NCBI GenBank assembly: GCA_044450345.1
Contig: JBIOIY010000017.1
Location: 1-44,674, forward strand
From: Thermodesulfovibrionales bacterium
Lineage (GTDB): Bacteria > Nitrospirota > Thermodesulfovibrionia > Thermodesulfovibrionales > UBA6898
DNA length: 44,674 nt
Reading direction: 5' to 3'
A program made the translations under genes and the position numbers. Shown here one piece after another: positions 38,928 through 44,674 of the stretch. The notes under the pieces are model-generated. The model worked only from the letters and a program-made list of their open reading frames with translations, did not search any database and had not been told where the DNA came from. Every line of letters starts with the position of its first letter. Within the stretch, counting starts at the first letter, position 1.

Positions 38928-39045
38928 ATGCAGGAGGGTGCTATCTTCTCGCTCATTCTCGCGCCGCTCCGAGGCAATTCTCGACCCGCCTGCGGCGGGT
39001 CAATACGAGAAATTGAAGCCGCTCGAAGACAGCCCCCTCCTGCAT
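38928..39045 (-). repeat. Structured dispersed element, copy E (inverted)
   Basis: Minus strand reads atgcaggagggggctgtcttc-GAGCGGCTTCAATTTCTCGTATTGACCCGCCGCAGGCGGGTCGAGAATTGCCTCGGAGCGGCGCGAGAATGAGCGA-gaagatagcaccctcctgcat. Confidence 0.9.
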
Positions 39046-39108
39046 ATAAGGGATACGGTTAATGGGGTTTGATAAATAGTAGGGCTTGACTAATCAAACC
39101 GCTACACT

Positions 39109-40326
39109 CTATTTAAACTGTGCGTGGTACTCCTTTACCCTCCTGGCGAACTCCTTTCCGAATTCGTAGCACTTCTGATCGTCCTCCGGAGCCGGCCTGT
39201 AAAGCGCCTCTACCCCGGGCTCGACGGTCTGTAGTTTCATCGCCTTCAGCCATTCATAGGCTTCTTTCACCGCTCCTCCGCCCCAGCCGTAGCTCCCGAA
39301 GGCGCCGGCGATCCTGTCTTTTGGCCGGAGGCCGGTAACGTGCTGGAGGAACTCAGCCACTGAAGGGAACATCTTGTTGTTCAGCGTCGGCGTTCCTATC
39401 AATGTCCCCCTGGCCTTCCAGAACTCCTTGATCGCGGTGGACATCGGCGTGGCCCTGAGCTTGATGACCTTGCAGTCCACCCCCTCTTCTTTTATGCCGC
39501 GCATGAGGGGGAGCGCCATCATCTCTGTGCTGTGCCACATCGTGTCGTATATTATCGCCACACTGAGGTTCGCCTTGCCAGTTGCCATGTCCATATACAT
39601 TTTCAAGACCTTGCCCGGGTCCCTTCTCCAGATGATGCCGTGGTCGGGCGCGATGATCTCTATCTCGAGGCCGAGTTTCTGGATCTCTGCAACCTTGTTC
39701 TTTATGATGCTGCCGAACGGCATGAGGATATTTGCGTAATAGTCGATGACCGAGTCTTCGAGTTCCGAGACAGACGCGCACTCTATGAACTCGTCGTCGA
39801 ACCTCGCAGAGGTGGCAAGATGCTGGCCGAATCCGTCCTGGCTGATGAGGATCTTGTCTTCCTTGACATAGGTCATCATCGAATCCGGCCAGTGGAGCAT
39901 CGGCGTTTCGATGAAGAGGAGGTTCCGCTTGCCGATAGTGAGTGTGTCGCCGGTTTTTACGGTCTTGATATTCCATGAGGAGATGTCGAAGAACCTCGCG
40001 AGCCCCTTCTTGCCCTTCTCCGAAATGTAGATCGTCGCGCTGGGCGCAAAGGCCATGATCCTGTCCAGGCTGGTCGCGTGGTCGTTTTCGATGTGGTTGA
40101 TAATCACGTATTCTATCTTTGAGGGATGCACGATTTCAGTCACATTGTCGAGCATGATCTCGCTGAAGTCGTGTTTTACCGTATCGAGAAGGGTGATTTT
40201 CTCGTCCATGATGAGATAATTGTTGTATGTTGTTCCGTTGGGGGTCACGTAGCCGTGAAAGTCTCTCACAGCCCAGTCTATTGCCCCGACCCAGTAAATA
40301 TTGGGTTTTATCTGCGTTGCGTTCAT
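39109..40326 (-). CDS. fprA: Flavodiiron protein (A-type flavoprotein; O2/NO reductase)
   Basis: GTTYN.Y, HIENDH, LHWPD, D.FGQH, PDHG, flavodoxin domain FGSYGWGG. Confidence 0.9.
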   Translation of the reverse strand: MNATQIKPNIYWVGAIDWAVRDFHGYVTPNGTTYNNYLIMDEKITLLDTVKHDFSEIMLDNVTEIVHPSKIEYVIINHIENDHATSLDRIMAFAPSATIYISEKGKKGLARFFDISSWNIKTVKTGDTLTIGKRNLLFIETPMLHWPDSMMTYVKEDKILISQDGFGQHLATSARFDDEFIECASVSELEDSVIDYYANILMPFGSIIKNKVAEIQKLGLEIEIIAPDHGIIWRRDPGKVLKMYMDMATGKANLSVAIIYDTMWHSTEMMALPLMRGIKEEGVDCKVIKLRATPMSTAIKEFWKARGTLIGTPTLNNKMFPSVAEFLQHVTGLRPKDRIAGAFGSYGWGGGAVKEAYEWLKAMKLQTVEPGVEALYRPAPEDDQKCYEFGKEFARRVKEYHAQFK

Positions 40327-40421
40327 GGCGCCTCCTAATGTCCGTAATGGTATATCGTGATAAACTTGGTTTTGTGAAAATTATAGCAGAAGAGGGAGAG
40401 CTACGCTATTATGCGGAAAAA

Positions 40422-40480
40422 TGTTATTCCACTGATTTCGGCTATATATTCCGGCCACCTGTTCCGGTCAATTCGGCCAC
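40422..40480. mobile_element. Probable orphan IS21-family terminal relic
   Basis: Starts with TG and carries tandem imperfect repeats TTCCACTGATTTCGGCTA / TTCCGGCCACC / TTCCGGTCAATTCGGCCAC; no istA/istB; sits at a compositional boundary. Confidence 0.5.
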
Positions 40481-40596
40481 TCTATTATCAATGCACAATT
40501 CAACCTGCAGTATTGCCCCAGCTTTTGCAGAGTCCACCACGCTGATATTTTCAGCAAACCGAAACTCTATCAAGAGTACAATCGGAATTAACCACC

Positions 40597-41544
40597 TTAT
40601 TTATTCGCATAGTCATAATTAGCGAGATTGAGACCAATATCCTTTGCATATTTGTACACAGGGTCGTAATCTTTATCCGTTGTTTCGATAAATCTCCCGG
40701 CCCCGAAGTTCTTCAAAACACTTCTGCCGTTCGGATCATTGTGCATGTTTAAGAGTACATCTTTCAGTTTTTTTTTGACGGAATCATCGAGGTCTTTTCT
40801 CACTGCGAGGCCATTCTCCGGCACATCAGGAGACATATCAAGAATAATGAGTTCGTTCTTTATTCTGTTATCAGTCTGTGCCATTCTCTCGAATACCGTA
40901 TTTTTGGCGGCACCTATATCCGCCCTTTTATTGAGAACATCGTTTATTGCATCGCCATGGGTTCCCGCAAAATAGGTCTCACTCAAATAAGTTTTGTAAT
41001 TCTTAATCCCGTGCTTTTCAAAATACGCCAAAGGGTGCAGGTATCCCGCCGTGGTCGCCTTATCCACAAACGCAAATTTTTTTCCTCTCATGTCCTTCCC
41101 AGTTCTTATGCCGCTGTCTTTTCTCACAAAGAGTAAGCCGTGATAAGTGGATATGCCATCAATGTATTCAGGCCTTGCCAAGACTTCAAGCCCTAATTTT
41201 GAATGTGCCAGTGCGTAGGTAAAACTTCCAAAAAAGGCGCCATCCAGACCAAGAGAGAAAAAGTTATCAATGACGTTACCATACTGGGTGAGAGCCTTCA
41301 GCTTTATCTTCGCACCGACCTTATCAGAGAGATAGTCAGCAAGTGGTTCATACCGGTGCATCTCCTCGAATATGTTCTGCTCGGGAACAACACCGATCAC
41401 AAGGACTTTCTCTTGGGATACCTTCTTTGGAGGGGTCGTCTCTGTCTTGGTACAACCCGTCAAGATAGACAAGAGGAAGCAAATTATAAGAAATAATGTG
41501 GGCATGCCTGAGTACATGTTAAAGGTTTTGTCACTGGATTGCAA
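40597..41544 (-). CDS. PhnD-like phosphate/phosphonate-family substrate-binding lipoprotein
   Basis: Lipobox LTGC; GKKFAFVDKATTAGYLHP, FAGTH, DYDPV; no permease or ATPase beside it. Confidence 0.85.
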   Translation of the reverse strand: MQSSDKTFNMYSGMPTLFLIICFLLSILTGCTKTETTPPKKVSQEKVLVIGVVPEQNIFEEMHRYEPLADYLSDKVGAKIKLKALTQYGNVIDNFFSLGLDGAFFGSFTYALAHSKLGLEVLARPEYIDGISTYHGLLFVRKDSGIRTGKDMRGKKFAFVDKATTAGYLHPLAYFEKHGIKNYKTYLSETYFAGTHGDAINDVLNKRADIGAAKNTVFERMAQTDNRIKNELIILDMSPDVPENGLAVRKDLDDSVKKKLKDVLLNMHNDPNGRSVLKNFGAGRFIETTDKDYDPVYKYAKDIGLNLANYDYANK

Positions 41545-41690
41545 GAGTTATTCACGCTTACCTGCCCTATGAATTTTGCGGCCTTGTACCGGAAACAAAC
41601 GGGTATCATTTATCGAAACTGTTGCGGTGTACAAGGAAGTTATCAAACGAAAAATACAAAAGGGTCGGTGGGCCTGCCCGTGCACTCGCA

Positions 41691-41717
41691 CCCAAAAAGT
41701 CTGGACGACTTTTTGGG
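41691..41717. repeat. Intergenic palindrome within a GC-rich patch
   Basis: CCCAAAAAGTC-tggac-GACTTTTTGGG, a perfect 11-bp stem. Confidence 0.6.
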
Positions 41718-41853
41718 ACCCCTCGTCCCCGATCCCGGCACAGCGCGACGGCTCGCCTCGAATCGTTTAGTTCCCCGACAAACCGACAGATACGAGAATT
41801 TGAAACAGTTAAAGATTACCGCTTCTATCACGCAACAAAAAAGGCGAATAATC

Positions 41854-42243
41854 TTATCTCGCCCTTTTTGAGTTAATATTTGAATGTTCGATTCTTACGC
41901 TCTTCTCTGTCTCCTTAAATGATAGGGCTGAAAGCTCCTCACCTAAGATTTCTTGATCGAAAGGTCCTTTACCGGTGACATCGTACGTGTCAGCCCCCTC
42001 CGACAGAGCTGGAATAGGTATTATCTCATCTCCGTTATGGGCCTCGATTTCCAGCCATAATTGCCTGAGGTCTGCGCTCCCCGATGGCATTTTATGCCCT
42101 GTCATTGAGTTGTCAACAAAAATATAGATTTTCATTTCATCACCTTGCGACGCAAAGGGCTTTTCTGTTTCTATATGCAGTGTAATATCTCCGGTCCCCA
42201 CAATCTGGGTTTTGGAACGTGACCCAGGGAAGCGGTGGGTATA
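41854..42243 (-). pseudogene. Internal fragment of a cytochrome c554-like multiheme protein
   Basis: Frame reads YTHRFPGS...VDNSMTGHKMPSG...RQLWLEI; no CxxCH or signal peptide; in-frame stop shortly upstream. Confidence 0.55.
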
Positions 42244-42537
42244 GCAACTGGAAGATGGATTATTTAGACAGGCATGTTATGTCGCTGCCTAAAGACAGAG
42301 ATGGCACTAGAAACAATTATTTATTTTTTATGGTAGGTCTTGCTTATGGCTGGCCGTTTCTCCTGGGGAATTGAAGCAATTTATCGAAAGATGCGACAAG
42401 TTAAAGCCCATCATCGACAAACTGGAGCCGACAGAGAGAAAGGTCTATCTAAGAAGACTGGAGATGTGCAGGGAACTTTTTGTTTTTACGCTTGCATCAA
42501 AAGAGAAGAAATAAGCTCTAAGGATTCTTGTCGCTCT

Positions 42538-43326
42538 CTAATACCTCATCGAAGGGTGGCATTTTTTACAGTCATTAAGAGGAAATGCTATCCGCAGATG
42601 ACAGAACCCGCAGAACTCGCCGTTCAAAATACGTATCATCGAGAAATGTTCGGTGGTTTTTTTCTTTATATTAAAAATATCGGGATGACAGTTGGCGCAA
42701 TCCAGCCATTGCACATGTGCCTTATGTGGAAAAACAGCCGGTGGAATGAGGGACATCTCTGCAGCCAGTGTAAGGGTCTTGTCCAGCCCTATAGGTTGAG
42801 AACCCCCTGACAGACTCCCCTTTGGTTTTATTAATCCTTTTTCCAGGGCCTTAACCCAATCGATTTCATTGCCGTACTTTGCCCGGGGAAGGTTTTTCTG
42901 AAGTGCCAGGAATTTTTCCCCGTTGGAGCTTTGGTTAGCGTTGTGGCACCGCTTGCAGTTGTCCCCTTCGTCGTCTTTTGGGGAGAATGCAATTTTGCCG
43001 TTATGGCACACCGTGCAGTATCTGTTCTCCATCTTTCCGTTGTCGCAGACAACACCCGTTTCATCGGCCTTCATTGCAAACTCAAGTTCACCATGGCATA
43101 CCCTGCAGGTATACTTTGGCCTGTGGACCCAGTGAGAGACAATAACAGGGGTCATCTCACCTCCTTTTGCTGAAGTTCCTCTCATCAATATGTCACCATA
43201 CTCTTCAGGGGGTGATAAAATAGGGAGTTTGACATCGCCGTGGGAGAAAGCCAACTTAGCCAGGAGCCCAAAAACGGCGATAAAGAGAAAGCCCGCGACG
43301 AAACTTCTTGATATGCCTTTCTTCAT
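42538..43326 (-). CDS. Periplasmic hexaheme cytochrome c with two c7-type triheme domains
   Basis: Signal peptide; six CxxCH motifs (CRVCH, CTVCH, CKRCH, CANCH, CGFCH, CKKCH). Confidence 0.88.
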   Translation of the reverse strand: MKKGISRSFVAGFLFIAVFGLLAKLAFSHGDVKLPILSPPEEYGDILMRGTSAKGGEMTPVIVSHWVHRPKYTCRVCHGELEFAMKADETGVVCDNGKMENRYCTVCHNGKIAFSPKDDEGDNCKRCHNANQSSNGEKFLALQKNLPRAKYGNEIDWVKALEKGLIKPKGSLSGGSQPIGLDKTLTLAAEMSLIPPAVFPHKAHVQWLDCANCHPDIFNIKKKTTEHFSMIRILNGEFCGFCHLRIAFPLNDCKKCHPSMRY

Positions 43327-43410
43327 ACTTAAATATTACCGCTTGGCAGTGACAATAGCTACACCTAAAACAGGCCATATTTCATATCACTGACGTGATA
43401 TAAAAATACA

Positions 43411-43429
43411 TGGTGCCGAAGGGGGGACT
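43411..43429 (-). mobile_element. tRNA 3'-end fragment (Leu-like), probable att site
   Basis: Minus strand AGT-CCCCC-CTTCGGC-A-CCA matches T-loop end, T-stem, acceptor strand, discriminator and CCA; no 5' tRNA half upstream. Confidence 0.7.
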
Positions 43430-43608
43430 GAGTCCTCAGGTATGAGAGCACGCAACTATTGAATATTTACGTCAGAAATAAACAGTGGCAACGAAAAAGC
43501 TAAGGGGGCCAGCCGTTTTTTTGCCGCGTCCCTCTTGAGCGAATAGTTATGCCAAACAGTTCCGGTAAGGACGGTGCCCAAATCAAGAAAATGGGGTAAA
43601 AGTGACGT

Positions 43609-44418
43609 CTAAGGTTCAATCCAGCCCCATTTTACAAAAATTTCTTTCCCCTCAGCCGACTGCAGAAAATCGGCAAACTCCTTAGCCAATGCCTTCTGCT
43701 CTGACCGATTTGTTAGTCCGATAGCGCATGAGCGATAAATCGTGTTTTCAGGCTCGGTGTTGACAATGTCGGCAGAAGCAGGATTCTCCTTCTGCCAAAT
43801 AGTCCAGACGAGCCAACCATCATAGCTCAAATCGCTATCCCATATCTTCATTGCTTCGTCGCTATTGGCTGCAAATAAACCGATGTTGCGGCGTATGCCG
43901 TCAACAAGTTTGACACTGCCTGTTCGGCCTGCCACATCCTCCCACATTCCGACCTGTCCGGCTCCTTCAACCACAAGAATCTTAACGCCCGGTCTGGCAA
44001 GGTCTTTAATGCCTTTGATACCCTTAGGATTACCCGGACGGACGAGAATTGCCGAAGGTCGCAGGTAAAGGGTTCGGATTGTTGGAGTGTCGATTAGTCC
44101 GGGAACATCCTTTCGCACGAAATCGGTCATCATATACTCGGAACTGCTGAAAATCAGGTCAGCATCCTTCATTGCCAGATCTTTCCAGATCCATGTCGGG
44201 CCGGCAGTTATCCCCACCATAGTTCCTTTTTTGGCTCCGAATACCTTCGCAGCTTCGCGCATTGCCGGGGCGGGACCGCCTGTACCATAAACTTTTAAAA
44301 TGATCGCCGCTTTTTCAGCAGAAGCCGATTGCTGTGCAATTGCAGATGGTACGACCAGGGCCATCAGTAATGCTGCAAGCGCTATTCGAAAGCTGAACCT
44401 GATTACTATATGTTTCAT
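43609..44418 (-). CDS. AcfC-like periplasmic substrate-binding protein (sulfate/molybdate-binding fold)
   Basis: Signal peptide; VYGTGGPAPAM, LYLRPSAILVRPGNPKGI, GAGQVGMWED, IYR, FVKWGW. Confidence 0.8.
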   Translation of the reverse strand: MKHIVIRFSFRIALAALLMALVVPSAIAQQSASAEKAAIILKVYGTGGPAPAMREAAKVFGAKKGTMVGITAGPTWIWKDLAMKDADLIFSSSEYMMTDFVRKDVPGLIDTPTIRTLYLRPSAILVRPGNPKGIKGIKDLARPGVKILVVEGAGQVGMWEDVAGRTGSVKLVDGIRRNIGLFAANSDEAMKIWDSDLSYDGWLVWTIWQKENPASADIVNTEPENTIYRSCAIGLTNRSEQKALAKEFADFLQSAEGKEIFVKWGWIEP

Positions 44419-44674
44419 AATACCTTCTCCTTTCGTTTCGTTATATTATTCAGTTTTCCCCCATCTTGCTAATCATAGCATAACAATTACTATACGAAAT
44501 GTCGTATTTTCCGATAATTTAAAACACCTTAGCAGAAAACAAAATATTCGAGAAGACAAAAAAAACATAAAATCAGACTGGTAAGATTTGTGCATTTCGT
44601 CTTTTGTGATAATAGTGACCAAAAAGCGAATATTCGCATTAGGGAATTTGTCCGTGTTGATTTCCGAGTATACC

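Noticed and set aside
27740..39016. Small ORFs 27740-28027, 30642-30848, 30661-30864 and 38756-39016 sharing peptides such as AHSR.APRQF and STRLRR, or containing LPAGRQ
   Set aside because: They are translations of the structured repeat. Frames and strands are inconsistent between copies, and indels shift the frame.
10788..39045. Reading the repeats as a CRISPR array or integron attC sites
   Set aside because: They are dispersed, not tandem, and have no spacers or cas genes. They lack RYYYAAC/GTTRRRY ends, no integrase is present, and the flanking genes are housekeeping.
40371..40390. Rex-like operator upstream of fprA (TTGTGAAAATTATAGCAG)
   Set aside because: Only one half-site matches TTGTGAA-N4-TTCACAA.
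43411..43500. Complete tRNA gene
   Set aside because: There is no 5' acceptor strand, D-arm or intact TTC T-loop; only the 3' 19 nt match.
43500..43553. Minus-strand GGCATAAC...GGGACGC resembling a c-di-GMP-I riboswitch
   Set aside because: The stems do not pair, and the GNRA loop and the GCAAA/P2 elements are missing.

Overview
The window is bacterial chromosome, probably from a diderm anaerobe. Gene style and the pssA-leuA pairing suggest Nitrospirota or Desulfobacterota, but this is inference only. The core (about 4.4-40.3 kb) holds ordinary housekeeping and metabolic genes: xseAB, a PAS histidine kinase, an acyl-CoA oxidation cluster (2 ACAD, thiolase, HBD, crotonase), rsmE, a 2-oxoacid dehydrogenase split by mla and traB genes, an ADP-forming acyl-CoA ligase alpha subunit, pssA, leuA, a Lon-like protease, an LpxL-like acyltransferase, a minor pilin, a radical SAM/SPASM enzyme and fprA. 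Both ends are accessory-looking and visibly more AT-rich, with gene fragments, an IS21-like end relic and a tRNA-Leu 3'-end att-like fragment. The most striking signal is non-coding: five dispersed intergenic copies (about 10.8, 23.9, 27.8, 30.7 and 38.9 kb) of a 120-165 nt structured element. Each has a conserved core GAGCRGCTT-[hairpin]-CCYC(G/C)GAR...CGAGAATGARC(G/A)A inside an outer helix whose sequence differs between copies but still pairs. Small interchangeable palindromes are nested in its loops, and its 3' core resembles the ColE1/pBR322 primosome-assembly-site motif. A second highlight is a 395-aa hypothetical protein carrying divergent RelA/SpoT synthetase-like motifs. No searches or folding programs were run, so all calls come from reading motifs by eye.
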